NCBI RefSeq assembly: GCF_009914755.1
Contig: NC_060932.1
DNA length: 64,000 nucleotides
Source: the human T2T-CHM13v2.0 reference genome, Homo sapiens
Strand: one strand, 5' to 3'
The notes below the pieces were generated by a model. It was not told the DNA's origin. It did no database searches and was given only the letters and a program-made list of their open reading frames with translations. Both the position numbers and the translations under genes were made by a program. Of this stretch, positions 27,203-40,537 are shown piece after piece; position 1 is the first letter of the stretch; each line of letters opens with the position of its first letter.

Positions 27203-27430
27203 GGCAGTGGTATTCAGTGGTTCAGAGCATGAGTAGATTGGTAACCTATGTTTTCAGCAGTTTGACCTTAGATAGGATACTTAATCTCTCCAACACTCAG
27301 TCTTCTCATCTATAAGATGGGTGCTAAAATGTAAATGATATCACCTCACATGGTCTGAGTAAACATTAACTCAAAAAGGATGTAAAAGATATACTGGATG
27401 ACACAAAGTGGGCATTTAATTAGTGCTAAT
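27203..27430 (+). mobile_element. MIR SINE
   Basis: ggcagtggtattcagtggttcagagcatg...tgaccttagataggatacttaatctctc...ctcagtcttctcatctataagatggg. Confidence 0.7.
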
Positions 27431-27558
27431 TCCCTTCTCCCTCGCCCCAAAAGTGTACCAGTTTTAGAGCCCTTCTTGCAACGAGAAAACTAGGGAATCA
27501 TGAATAGCTGGCTCAGTAGAAACGAGTGCTGTCTTGAGGTTAGAAGGATGTGAGTTCA

Positions 27559-27882
<324 letters not shown>

Positions 27883-28254
27883 TCAAATCCCTGCTGGGGT
27901 ACTTGATGACCCTGGATGAATATGTAACTGTTTAGAGCCCCTTTCCCTTACCTCATAGGGGTTTTTAATAAAGAATAAACCAGATGCATGCATGTGCACA
28001 AAGTTGTGTGTGTTTGTGTGGCTACATGTGCATTGCCAGAGGTAATACTTAAAATGTTAGCATCTGGTATTGCATGGATATCAAACAACGAATAAACCCT
28101 GGCTCCTGGCACATAATAGGTGCCCAAAAAATGTTCCAATTTCTTTCCTTCTTTCATTTAATGAACAATTATTTTTAAGTATTTGATATGAGCTTGGAAC
28201 TATGTTTTCCTTGATGAGAAAGGATAATTCTGATACTCAGATTGGCAAAAGGCA

Positions 28255-28440
28255 AACACATATATATTTATATATATAGTTAGTTCTACTACCTTTGCAT
28301 ACCAATTTTCAAATTATATATATATTTAATATATATTTGTGTGTGTATATATGTATGTATGTATTTACATATATATGTATCGTGTGTATGTATATGTGTG
28401 TGTATGTATATCTATCTATCTATCTATATATATATATATG
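28255..28440. repeat. (TA)n/(TG)n/(TATC)n low-complexity tract
   Basis: Directly visible. Confidence 0.9.
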
Positions 28441-29229
28441 CAAAAGTAGTAGAACCAATTTTCACGGCCTTGCAATCATTTCTCAGGTCAGCCCTGCACA
28501 TCCAACAGTAAAATGAAAAATCAAAACAAAACAGAAACCTCAAGTTCTAAATACCAGTGTTGTCTTAGCTGTGCAGTTCCTGTGATAAGGTGCCAAAGCA
28601 AACCAAACAGGGAAATCCAGAGAGGGTGAGAAAGTATACAATGAAGTTCACAATCAAAGGCTGGGCAGGGTCACACCAGGCTAAACCCAGCTGTCTGCAG
28701 CAGGGGTGGCACAGCAGGCTGCAGGCAAGGAGAGGCGCATCACGCATCAGAGTGAGCACACTGCAAAGCCAGGTCCCTGTATCTCTTCTCTTCTCTGTGC
28801 CTCTCTGTCCTCATCAGTAAGTGAGGACACTGAGGGCCACATCCTTGGTAAGGGCCTTTCTCTCCTCACACAGAGCTTCTGTGAACTCCACTCAAATCTG
28901 TCTCAGGGTGCTTTGGGGAGTACATTTTAAATGGGTGAGGACTAGAAACAAAGAATTTAGCTTGAGGTTGCAAGGAGAGAGAGTTTGGAGTCAGATAAAC
29001 CAGGTAGGAACCATTTTCACAAAGTCAAAAACATTTCCCTCTGAAAAACTGAATGTGCTTCAACCAGGAGAAAGCGTCTTTACTCCACAAGACATAATAG
29101 GGCTCCTCAACCAAGTCAACATTAAGGGAATTTGTGGAAGCTTGATATATCAGGAATTAAATTTAATTGCTAGAAAAAAGGAACACTCTGCCCCAAAATA
29201 CATATATACACATATTGTTTCACTAAACT

Positions 29230-29725
29230 GGTAGTTATTTGCCTCATGTACTGAGAAATCTATGGCAGGTATAATAAACCCAAGCTCTTCTTATCCTTTA
29301 CTCAGCCACCCTTGGCAGGCATGTGTCACCTCATGGTCACAAGGTAGCTGCTAGAACTCCAGCCATCACACCTATATTCTGCTGGAAGAAGGGGAAGCAA
29401 GGTGACCAACTTATTCAGTTTGCCTGGGACTGTCTGGATTTTAGGACTGAAAGTCCCACATCTCTAAAACTACAGGCAAACCGGGACAGTTGCTCACCCC
29501 AAAGGGAAGGCAAAAGCCAAAAAAGAAACTGCTAATTGGGGTTTTCTCACTGTTTTAAGGATCTTATGTAGAAGTCCTATCCAAACAACTTCTGCTCATA
29601 TCTCATTAGTCAGAACTTATTTACATGGTGCTCCTTTGCAAAGGAGGCTGGGAAATGCACATGACCACTGAGGCAAACTGTGCATCCACTAGGAAAAGAG
29701 GAGAATGGATAGTAAACAGGCAGTC
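29230..29725 (-). mobile_element. old MLT1 (J/K-like) LTR remnant hosting MER81
   Basis: cctcatggtcacaaggtagctgc...cttctgctcatatctcattagtcagaactt...gcaaaggaggctgggaaatg. Confidence 0.65.
29398..29501. mobile_element. MER81 hAT-Blackjack MITE
   Basis: TIRs ggtgaccaac...gttgctcaccc; internal gtttgcctgggactgtc / ggcaaaccgggac; 8-bp TSD aggggaag/aagggaag. Confidence 0.85.
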
Positions 29726-32239
29726 TCCTTCACACTCAGTAAGAGTGGAACCACACAGTCCATAGAACCCCACATTCTTTAACCCTGAAAACTCTACTCT
29801 GAGCCTCTGCCCAAGAGCATTCTTATTGTGTTGTGAGTTCCAGCCACTCACAGAGGTAATAATGACTCAAGAATTTAGCAAATCAGAGCACTAAGTAGTT
29901 TACAAGATCTGGGATGGGCTGTTGCAGGCTGTGACTGGCTGGAGGCTCCCTGTCCATTCTGTTCTCCAGTCCTAAGTAAAATGGCTCAGTGAGGGGGGTA
30001 GGGACTAGTTTCCAATTACACCCCTCCAGCGAGTGCACATCTCTGCCTTGTATCTAAGCTCCAGCAAGCAGAAGAAGGAAGAAAGATGCACACTACTACC
30101 AGCACTGACAGGGTCCTGATTAGGGATTAAGCTTTCTCCAATCCCATCTCCACCCAACCACAGAGTGTCGTTTTGAAGAATCATTTGCAGTAAATGAAGG
30201 GAGAGGAGCTATAAGGGCAAGAAATTGGTAGAAAATAATAGGAAAGAAGTGCTAACGTTTGATGAGGGTAATAACCTTTCTAAACTAGTGTCCTACTGCA
30301 TTAGATTTTCCATGAAATTATTTAAAACAGCAGGGAATCAAACATCCCCACATTATTAACCTCCAGTGTGTGCTTACTGAAGAAAATCCAAAGGATATTT
30401 ATGCATCTCATGCAGAGGTTGAAACTTAATGTCCCAGACTGAGGCAATGAAGCTATGGAATTCTGCCTGTATTGTCTTCTGTTGATAACAAGAACCACAG
30501 CTGTATTTCTTGCCTGGTGAACTTGCAAAGTTGCTCTTCACCCTATTGTGATAAGCATGATGTCAATCATCACAATCTAGCTTTTGGTAGCTCTTTACCT
30601 AAAAGGTCAGGGCTTCTTTGCAGCTCACTTTTCAGGTAGTCTTGGTTATGAGAAACACACAAAAAAAGTTGATATACCAAGTAGTGTATTTTTTCTGAGA
30701 TTCTTTCCTAGGAGAAAACACACAGTGTAAAATCTTCACCACCACAGACCGATACTGTTACAATAAACATTACATCACATACACTCATGAGAACATCCAG
30801 CCACAGCTCATCATATTACCTAGGAGTAAATCTGTCACAACCTGAGTCACTGTAGAAGCACTCGGGTCAAACATGTTGAATTACAGCTAGATTTTAGCAT
30901 TAATTATAATAATTATATCATAACCATCATTTCATCATAAAAATTAGTTTCACTATGACATTTTGTTCTTTGTTCCAGGACTTGCAAAATTCCCAAATTG
31001 CAATAGGTGTTTAAAAATAATGTTTGATCAAGGTTAAAAAATGAAAGTTTTTACAAATTTATGAGTTTTTCAAACAGCATGCAAATAAATGGTAATTAAT
31101 ATACAGAAAAGCTTGCTAAAACTGATTGGATTCCATACTCCTTATAAGTTAGAAGGATTCATTTTTTACATTTTTTGAAGAGCTATGCATGTGAATTGCA
31201 AAGCTATAATTATACTGGAGGACCCTGGTGGTATCATACTGAACAGCTGTTTGCAGAGAACATGCCTCTTCAGTACCCTGAGGAAGGCACAGAATATTGA
31301 AATGTTGACTAAATGTTCAAATCATTCCGAGAATGGATACCCATGAAAATAAAAGGGTACTATGAATGATGGCCCTGAGTTTGTGACTTGGCCTGAGTAA
31401 GCTCTGTCAAAAGCCATTTCCAGTCTCCCCCTGTCCTTTCCCTTCTCTTCTCTTTTCTCCCCTTCTTTTGGTTCAAAAGCCGTTAGATAGAGCTGACCAA
31501 GGTAGGCACCAGCAGTGGGTGAAGTAGGAAACAGGCCACAGTGGCCAAGCACCAGGTGCTGGAGCCCAGCAAGGTGAGGAGGGTATCCATGGAGAGCAGA
31601 GCATCAGGGCCCAAGTGGGATGAACAGAAAGTAGAGCAGTGCAGAACAGTGTGTGAGTCAGCGTGGAGAGCGGAGGGCGTCCTGCAGATGCTGGAACTCC
31701 AGTGAGGTGGGGGTGCACCCCACAGGCAAGGGGCAGGGGCAGCAGCCAGTGCAGTGTCTGGGCCCAGGAGGGCGAGAGGGCATCCGTGTTAGAGGTCCAT
31801 GGTACAGCACGTGGCACTGGGTGAGGAAAGCACCCTCACAGGTGACACCCAGGCAAAGTGAAGGCAGAAGGGTGTCTGTGTGAGGGTGGCTCAGGGCAAG
31901 GAGCAAAAGAGCAAATATCCCATCATCAACAAAGGCGAAAGAGACTACCTCAGGCCCTCCCCATTAAATGTATAAGTCTCCAATGGCCCCATTCCAAATG
32001 GATTAGTGAATGAATAATTCTCTGGAAAGGACAACAATATTCATTAGGATTTACCATAGGGTCATTACAAATAAATATGCTTAACTAATCTAACTAATCT
32101 CATTTCCTTTTTTTTTTTTTTCTTTAAGTGAACCAGACAGACACAACTGGAGATATCTGAAGAGGATAATGTATCCTTGTTTTTAGCGGGATCTATTTCA
32201 CAACCTCTTTATAATATCACGGTTATAAAGATAACAGCT

Positions 32240-32546
32240 GGCCAGGCGCATTGGCTCACGCCTGTAATCCCAGCATTTTGGGAGGCTGAGGTTGGTGAAT
32301 CACCTGAAGTCAGAAGTTCAAGACCAGGTTTGTCAACATGGTGAAACCTCGTCCTTACTAAAAATACAAAAAAATTAGCTGGGCATGGTGGCACACACCT
32401 GTAATCCCAGCTACTCAGGAGCCCAAGGCAGAAGAATCACTTGAACCCAGGAGACGGAGCTTGCAGCGAGCCAAGATCGTGCCATTGCACTCCAGCCTGG
32501 GCAACAAGAGCACGAAACTCCCTCTCAAAAAAAAAAAAAAAAAAAA
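32240..32546 (+). mobile_element. AluS (Sq/Sp-like)
   Basis: Full Alu with long poly(A); TSD aaagataacagc. Confidence 0.94.
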
Positions 32547-32601
32547 AAAGATAACAGCCAACATAATGAAGCTGCCATTTATTGAGTTATTATGTGACAA
32601 T

Positions 32602-33220
32602 TGTGGAAACAGAAGGCTAGCCTGATTAAGCCCACCAAAATTAACCTACCTTGCTTTCTTTTAATTGCTGACTTCTAGTTGCTCTTAAAATCTATATAGC
32701 TAAAAGTCACATAGCCAAACAATATATAACTAAACCCCCACTAGCTTCCTCATAGATAACATCTCTGACATATATGTCACTGTGGTAATCGTTGCTTGAA
32801 GTTGTTTTTCAGGAATTAGGGGGCAGCTTGTGTCCCGTTTGAATCAGTTGAGACCACCAACCTGCCTGAGAGGTGACCCTTTGACATCAGAAGGCTAAAA
32901 GCTCCTCCCTCAGATTATGCTAATGCTGCCATTTTCTGAACGTGCATCCCATGAAGAGCCGTGAAGCCTGACTGCGCATGCACGAATCACTGATGACCTC
33001 ACTTTTCCTTCCCTCCAACCCCGTTCCCCACACAGTAGGCTGCCTGCTTCTTTATCCCACAAATATCCCTAAATGCCACCTTTGAAGAGGCAGATTTGAG
33101 AGCTATTCTCCTGTCTCCTCGCTGGACTTTCCCGTGAATAAATCCCTTCTCTTTTGCAAAACCCAGCATCATAGCTATTGGCTTACTGTGCACATGCAAA
33201 ACAAACCTGGTTTGGCATCA
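32602..33220 (+). mobile_element. ERV1 MER4-group solo LTR inserted in a MIR
   Basis: TG...CA ends, AATAAA ~33137, gcagatttgag...ctcctgtctcc; flanked by attgtg repeats; MIR sequence on both sides. Confidence 0.8.
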
Positions 33221-33420
33221 TTGTGATGCCAAGTGTTTAATCCTCATAACAACTCTAGGAAGCAAATATTATCATTCCTTATAGTCTCTTTTCAGATGAA
33301 AAAAAATGGAACTTAATGAAGTTCAGGAACATGCCCAAGATCACACAGCTACTAACTGGAAGACTGGAGATTCAAACTCAGCACTATCGCCCTGAAACTG
33401 CATCCTCTTAACTCCTATGA
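33221..33420 (-). mobile_element. MIR SINE (3' end at 32560-32600)
   Basis: tttaatcctcataacaactct...tgcccaagatcacacagctac...gattcaaactcag. Confidence 0.75.
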
Positions 33421-33649
33421 TGAACACTACAGTTAAACATAATCATAGCTCGTTGAATAATTATCCTCAAACAGCCCATATCAATTAATGAATGTGAGCT
33501 TGAAAAAAGGTCTCAAGTAACGAGCAAATTATGCTCGGTGAAAATTTGAAAACATTGGTTAAATTTTTAAATTATTTGTTATCTGCCCATACTGAGTAAG
33601 GTGAATGGAGTTAAGAGTCTAGGTGAGCAATAATGCAGACCTGTATAAG

Positions 33650-34030
33650 GGTGGGGACTACAAGACAGACCTGGAAGTGCATCCTGCCTTCCAGGAGCTC
33701 ACAAACAGCAATTATAAAAATGCCAAATGTATGTGCCAAAGACGAGAAAGAGTGGAAGTTCTAAAGAGGGAGACTAGTTAAAGACATCAGGCAAGCATCA
33801 TTGGAAAAGATGACTTCACAGGTCGGCAACCAGAGATGAGTGGAATTTTACAGCTGCTCAGGAAAGAGAAATTGGAGTAATGGAAGAGCTTGAGCAAGGC
33901 AAAAAAGGAGGAACAAGTGAAGCTTCTTTAGAGAAAAGCAAGGAATCCTAGTTCACAGCAGAATAGAATCCCCAGAGTAGCACTGTAACAGATAGAAGTA
34001 GAAAGGCAGAAATTAGATGATATTGTAAAT
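33650..34030 (-). mobile_element. L2 fragment
   Basis: cctgccttccaggagctcaca...gagcttgagcaaggcaa. Confidence 0.5.
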
Positions 34031-34784
34031 TTCCATCTCAGATGTGTGTAATTTTGTTCAGGGACTACTAACAAAGTTAAATTTTAAGATAAAGTATTCC
34101 ATAAGTGTCCACTGAATGGATAATTGGCAATAATTTTGAGAAGAGATTAGGAAGGGGAGAGAATAAAATTTGAGGAAGGGCAATCTGAGGTACAATATGG
34201 TGTCTATTATTCATAGTCATTGACCTATGGACTCAAATCTGAATTATGGAAGAGAGTTTCTATTAAAAGCCAGTACAAACTACATGAACTCTTACTGAAA
34301 TATCTATGAACTATTCAGAGCCCAAAGCAGGTTGATTTTTAAACTATATAATGATGCATATTATAAGTGGAGGTGAAGGTTACCTGCCGGGTGCTTTTGG
34401 AATGTGTAGGAGAACAGAATAGGTGCAGTGGCTGCAGCAAGAGAGCCAACCAGTCTATATCTGGGTTAAAGAGGAGTTCAAAGAGATCATCACTTCTAGT
34501 CCTGTGAGGCAGCCTGATAGATGGCTGGGCAACAGATCACAGTGATAACAGCACACACATGGGAAGAAAGAAAACCAGAGTAAGCCGGAGCAGTCCAGAG
34601 AAAAAGGCAGATGCCTTCCTAGAGACAAGATGTGTAGTTGATGAACCCACTGAGACACTCTGTGGGAACCTTCTGGGCTGAGAGAAAATCGATTTAACTA
34701 CATCTGAGAAGTCATCATCACAGCATTGGTATTCTGTTCATTTATTTGTTCTGGCTTCATCCATTACTTTTACATCCAGCTATT

Positions 34785-34990
34785 GATAAGTTTTTGAAGA
34801 TGTTAACATAATAGAATTTGTGCAACCACCATCATAGTCAAAATTTTGAACCACTTCATCACCCCAAAGCTCTCAGTGATGCTACCCCTTTATGGTCACT
34901 CTCCCCTCCCCCATGCCAAACTATCCTTAACCCCCAGCAATCACTAATCTGTTCCCCTATTTAGACTTTTGTCATTTTGGAAATGTATAA
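34785..34990 (-). mobile_element. L1M 3' fragment
   Basis: tgtgcaaccaccatcatagtcaaaattttgaac...cagcaatcactaatctgttc. Confidence 0.7.
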
Positions 34991-35014
34991 GAAGTCTCCT
35001 TCTCTAATGAAGAA

Positions 35015-35380
35015 AAATAGTTATAAAGAGCACTATTGAGACAACTGACAAAATTTGGTTATGGACTGTGGATTGGATATTAGTATTGCATCAATAAGAA
35101 TTTCCTATTTTTGATTATTTAATTGTGATTATCTCAGAAGAATGTTCTTGCTTTCAGAAAATACACACTGAAATATTTGGGAATAAGGAGGCACTTTACC
35201 TCTTAGTTTCAAATAATTCTGAAGACAGAGAAAGAAAGAGGGAGAGACAGAGAGAGAGAGCACAAGTGCACAAGAAAATGAGGCAAAATGTAAATAATTC
35301 ACAAATCTGGGTTAAAGTATACAACAGTTTTGAGATTTATCCTTAAAACTTTTCTGTAAGTTTGAATTTTTAAAAATAAG
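35015..35380 (+). mobile_element. L1MC/ME 3' fragment
   Basis: gacaactgacaaaatttgg...aaatacacactgaaatatttggg...aacttttctgtaagtttgaa. Confidence 0.7.
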
Positions 35381-35659
35381 GTTTCAAGGAAAAGTACTAT
35401 CAGAATGACAATCTGCTTTGCATATTTTATTTAAAGATTCATGAAAGGTTTAAAAGAATACTAGATATATGCGCAATATAGAGAACCTTCATCTATCATG
35501 GATCTAAACAAGTAAAATGATTTCTCTTTCTTGCTCTCCACTCTTTTGACACAACACTATCAAAAAAAAGTTCTAGCAAAGAGATTTTTAAAGTGATGTT
35601 AAGGATACAAGATTGGCATAGACTCAGCCAACTCTATCTTTAATAACATTCTAACCGGG

Positions 35660-35910
35660 CCAAGTGGAAAAGAAGCTTGGGAGTATGGCCTCTGGAGGCA
35701 TGAGGCCTGACTTTGAATCCTGGTTCTGCCACTTACTAGCTATGTGACCTTAGGCAAATTGATTCACCTCTCTGTACATCTATAAATACAGATAGAAATA
35801 AAATAGTAGCTACTTCTAGGGGTTTCTTGTGTTTTAAAAGAGTTTATATCTAACATGCTTATAAGAGTGCCTGGCAGATATTGAGTGTTATATAGGAGTT
35901 TGCTGCTATT
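35660..35910 (+). mobile_element. MIR SINE
   Basis: ttgaatcctggttctgccacttactagctatgtgaccttaggcaa core. Confidence 0.8.
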
Positions 35911-36628
35911 GAATGGGGGAATTAAAAGCAAGTCCCTGGACAGATGTAAACACTGCATGCTGTCTTTTTGCAGGCATTTATTTCTTCATACTCTCCCTCA
36001 CATTTGTATCAGATTTCATCTTCTTTCAGAGTATTTTTATGTTCCTGCTCTTTGACAAAATGTTTCTTAATCTTCAGCAGTAATATATCAATATGGAGTG
36101 ACAGTTTGACAATATGGTTCCCACTTTTCATAGTATAAATTCAAAGACAAATTGTGAACAAGTCAAGTGAAACTTGTAATTCACAGCTGTGAGGTCACAC
36201 TAGTGAATTATAAGCTTTTCATTATGTCAGAACTGTGAATTACAAAGGCTTTTTTTTCTATACTTCCTGTCAAATAATTTATTAGCTATCCCTCTATCAC
36301 ACGATTTTGCAGCATGACAGAATCAGAAAATACAGGGACTGAACTGTGGCATTTCCAGATAGAACAATAAGAATTCACACATATAAGAATAATGTTAAAA
36401 AGAAAGCGTGATGAGTTTAAATTGTACTCTTGCCAAGTTTAGAGTCATTCCTAATGAGCAGTTTGTTTTCTCTAAATTGGAGCCATTGCCACTAAAACTT
36501 GACGGAGCTCATCTTTTTGTTATCTCCTTCTTATTGTCATCATCAACTATCATTTCTTACAAGTCGCTAAGTATATAATCCTATAATGTTTAAAAAATTC
36601 AAAGATATTCTTGTTAATATTAACATCA

Positions 36629-36785
36629 ATAGCTAGAAGATAATAATTTAAATGTTCCTAGCATAAGGAAAACACAAATATTTAAGGTGATAGATATCCC
36701 AATTACCTTAATTTGATTATATAAATGTATTAGATTATCACAAATAGCCCAAAAATATGTACATATATTATGTATCAATTTTTAA
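36629..36785 (+). mobile_element. short L1MA 3' end with TSD
   Basis: atagctagaagag...aggtgatagatatcccaattacc...tattatgtatcaat; perfect 13-bp TSD aatattaacatca (36616-36628 / 36786-36798). Confidence 0.85.
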
Positions 36786-37859
36786 AATATTAACATCACT
36801 TATTATTATTGCCATTGTGAAACTCTGGATAAATTCTTATAATTTTCACAGCACTTTCATGTCTTATTTATTATTTATGTTGACCCAATGGAGTATGTAG
36901 GTTAGGTACTATATCCACATTAATTCATAAGGACATTGAGGTGATAGGGAGTCAGAGAAATCAGAGGGGCTAATCAAAAATTATGCCACTATTGCGTGTC
37001 AAAAGCAAGAATCATATATTCTCATTCCAAATCCAGAGATTATTTTCCACATTGCACTAAACCTCTTTCCCATTCATAAGCATGCGTATGCAGCACATCC
37101 ACCTAATAAAACCTGATGTTTCATAGAGCCCAGTCTCTGTTCAGTTTCACATTTGATGAAGGGTCTAATTTTAGAAAAATTCTGAAGTAATTTTTAAGAC
37201 AATTTCAAAATTTGTACTTACAAATCTTAAAGAAAATTTACTCAATTTCAATTTATACCCCACAACTACATCAAGTCCTATTTTCTCTTTTCTCCTCAAA
37301 ACAGGGCTTTCACCATTTGCTCTTTTTCCTCTTCCCTTTGGTCTATCCAGTCCTGTTTCCTGATTCTACATGGTAAGAACCCAGGAACTAAGCACACACA
37401 ACCAAATTCTCCTTGAAATTCAGGGAGGTGGATGAACAAAGGAGGCAAGAATAAAATATTTCATAAATAGTGTTGAGATAGTGAAATCTGATAACATTCA
37501 CTCATCAATACATCTCATTCCCATTCCTGTAGCTGTTTATCTTGCTAGCTTGAAGGTTATGCTGATGACAATATTGTTATGTATGTATTTGAGTGTGATG
37601 GGTAAGACCAAAACTTGGCCATCATCTCTTTCTACACTTCATATATTTCAACACTTGTGAAATTCTCTAAAGATATCATATTCTTGCTAGCTTCTAGACC
37701 AGTGCTTTTGTATCATTTTCACATCCTGACACATTGGGATAAACAGCAGAAGTTGCTACAAGGAAGGAAGCATCCATGTCTTTGCACACTGATAACCTAT
37801 TGGAGGTACTCTAATGGGTCAAAGCTCCTTGATTGGGATACTCAGCTGTTTTTGAACAC

Positions 37860-38550
37860 GCTACTTCTACTTTGAATATTCTTCTTCTTCCCTCCCTCTC
37901 ATTTCTTTGTCTAGTCAGCACCCCCTCATCCTTCAGGAAACCACTTAAGTAGTCCATCTCCCAGAATGTCTCCTGCTGATCTCCCAAGGCCAGGGACGGT
38001 GATACTCCCATAGCACTGCTGGGCTTATTCTCAGCTTAGCTCCCCAGATTGTAACTTCTTATTTAGCTGTATCTCCAATGAGACTTTAAACATCTTGAGA
38101 AAAGGAACAGCATCCTATTTTTTTAAAATTTTTAGCACTTATACCTATTAAATGGTTAGCACTCAGGGACTACTAATTAGTTGATTGATGAAGTCATGGA
38201 CTCCTCCTGGATGTATGGTTCTAGTCATCACTGATACACTCTTAAGAAAGCACTCACCTCTGATAATTCTAGCAGAGAATAGTCTGATACAGTTTCTAGG
38301 CCCTTGCCCACAGAAATGAGCCAAGCCTGGTCACGCCGTCATGTGCCATATTGTTCTTTCTTATAGTACCCTATTCTTTGCCTATATTATAATTTGTAAT
38401 AATTGGTGTATTTACTTCTATAATGTCTACCTTTCCCATGAGACTGTAATCTCAGTCAGAGTAGAGACTATTTAGATTTATTCATACAGCATATCTAGCT
38501 CTTGGAGCAAGACCTGACTTGGTGGAAATAAATGAATAAATGAAGGAAGA
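37860..38550 (+). mobile_element. L2 fragments (two pieces)
   Basis: gagactttaaacatcttgagaaaagg and gagactgtaatctc...aaataaatgaataaatgaa 3' ends. Confidence 0.5.
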
Positions 38551-40445
38551 AACTAAGTCACTCTTTCCTTCACAATTCAGATTGCTTGCTATCACCTTTT
38601 TTGATGGCAACTTCTAAACTCTGAGTTCTACCAGGATGTGAGGCTATGTATATTCTAGGAAATTAAATGCATATTTTCTGTTGTCTTGGAATTTCCATTA
38701 AGCACTAAAACTGAGAACAATAAAAGACAAGCAATGCTGAGTACTGAAGAGAAGTGCCAAATATATCCACATAGGGAGGGCTTACTGAATGGCAGCCAGA
38801 CTGGTCCAGAGACCAATACCCCAATTCTCATATATAAGCAAAACACAAGGGTTCTTTGGAGGGAACATATGGCATCATTGTGTTGTGACCTTAGAGGAAA
38901 GTGTGATGACATTTCTTCCCCCTTTCCCATGGAAGCGAGGATGAGGGTGTTTCCCCCTTTCTTTTGCTGAAGCCAGTGGGAAGATGTTCCTAGAGAACCA
39001 GTCATACAGATAAAAGGGTGATCTCACAAAGAGGACAAAAGCATCTCACTCCCCAGCTGGGTTATTAGCAAGGTGTGGAATCAAGGGTCCCAGTGCTACT
39101 AAGAGACCCAAATGAAGCAGGCTAAGAGAAGTCTTGGATAAAATTGATATTTGACTCCTGGAACCGAGAGGCATATGTGAACACAGAGAGTTGCACCTGC
39201 TTCCTCCTGGCAAACTCTGTGAGAGGGGAGTTGTGAATGCAGGTAATTGCAGGGAGCAGCTCAAGGCAACAGAGCAAAGAATGGGGCAAGCCCATAATGC
39301 TTGTTTGTTTATTTACTTATTTACTTATTACATATTTATTGTCATGACAAGGATGAATGAATTTCCCAAGGACCAAGTGCATACCAAGGAAGATAGGCTT
39401 CTATTTTCCTGCTGGGACCCTGACAGCCAGTAAGAAGCTAGTTAGGGTGGGGTGACCCTTTTATTAAATGGCTGAAGGGTAGATCACTAGGGATAGGAGC
39501 TGAGGTGATTTATAAGAAGTTACAGAATTCCCCCAATAGAGTGCATTATTCACCTCAGGGAGCCTCTTTGGATTGTTTGAAAAGACCACAAATGTCCCAA
39601 AGAACAAGAATTTTGAGCTTCAAATATCACTATGTAAGAATATTTCTAACCCTTTTCTTCTGTGCAATCTCCATCTCCCACTGCATTCCAGAAGAAAAAG
39701 AAGGAGGAAAAGGAGAGTGGAAGTACCTCAAGTATGAAAAGGCATAGAATATTTCCTTTTCCTGAGCTCCTGGTCATATTGTGGGCAGAAGAGAATCTTT
39801 GAACTAGATGTTTGACTGAGTGTTAGACTGGACTAAGTTGAATATCTGAAAGTGACCAGAAAGCTATGGGAATTTGCTTGCGATGTGAAGATGTTCACAA
39901 AGGCAGGAAAAAGAAGAATCAAGAGAAACATTTAGAGAAAATGATTGGAGAAAAATTAAACCATTTCTGATTTTAGCATCACTGAGTTTAGCTCGGCCAA
40001 TAAACTAATCATGAGTGTTATGGCCTCATCTTTCTAGCCAAGTAAGAATCTTAACATATGTTTGTAAATGACTGGCATACTACTGAAAAAAAATTGTAAA
40101 ATAAATGTTTAATTCATGGTAGGAATGGACATTTATTTATGCCCAATTTGCCACACAGCCCCCACTCCATGCCTCCTCCTCCATCCCACACTCTACATTA
40201 CCACCACAACCCTTTGCATCTTCTACATGGAATCCAAACAGTGGGATCAGGCAGGTTGCAGGGGAAATTACCTGGAGTTGCTTTAAAAGCAACGGGCTAA
40301 AGCAATGATTATGTGACTCAGATCATACTTACAATCTTCTTCATGAATTCTAATTCTCACATAATTTTAAAAGCGACGTATTTTTGTAAAACAAAGCTGA
40401 AATTGTTATTCGCCTACTCGAAACTTTTCGTTAATAATCTGTCGC

Positions 40446-40537
40446 ACCAACATGGCACATGCATACATATGTAACAAACCTGCACATTGTGCACATGTAC
40501 CCTAGAACTTAAAGTAAAATAATAAAAAAAGAAAAAA
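40446..40537 (+). mobile_element. tiny L1PA (PA3-PA5-like) 3' end
   Basis: accaacatggcacatgcatacatatgtaacaaacctgcacattgtgcacatgtaccctagaacttaaag plus poly(A); TSD aatctgtcgc (40436-40445 / 40538-40547). Confidence 0.93.

Noticed and set aside
28821-29234. 137-aa ORF in unique sequence
   Set aside because: GTG start and no recognisable protein similarity
31490-31910. GC/purine-rich stretch with several overlapping ORFs
   Set aside because: Not a CpG island; ORFs are explained by low stop frequency; possibly an old LTR I cannot assign
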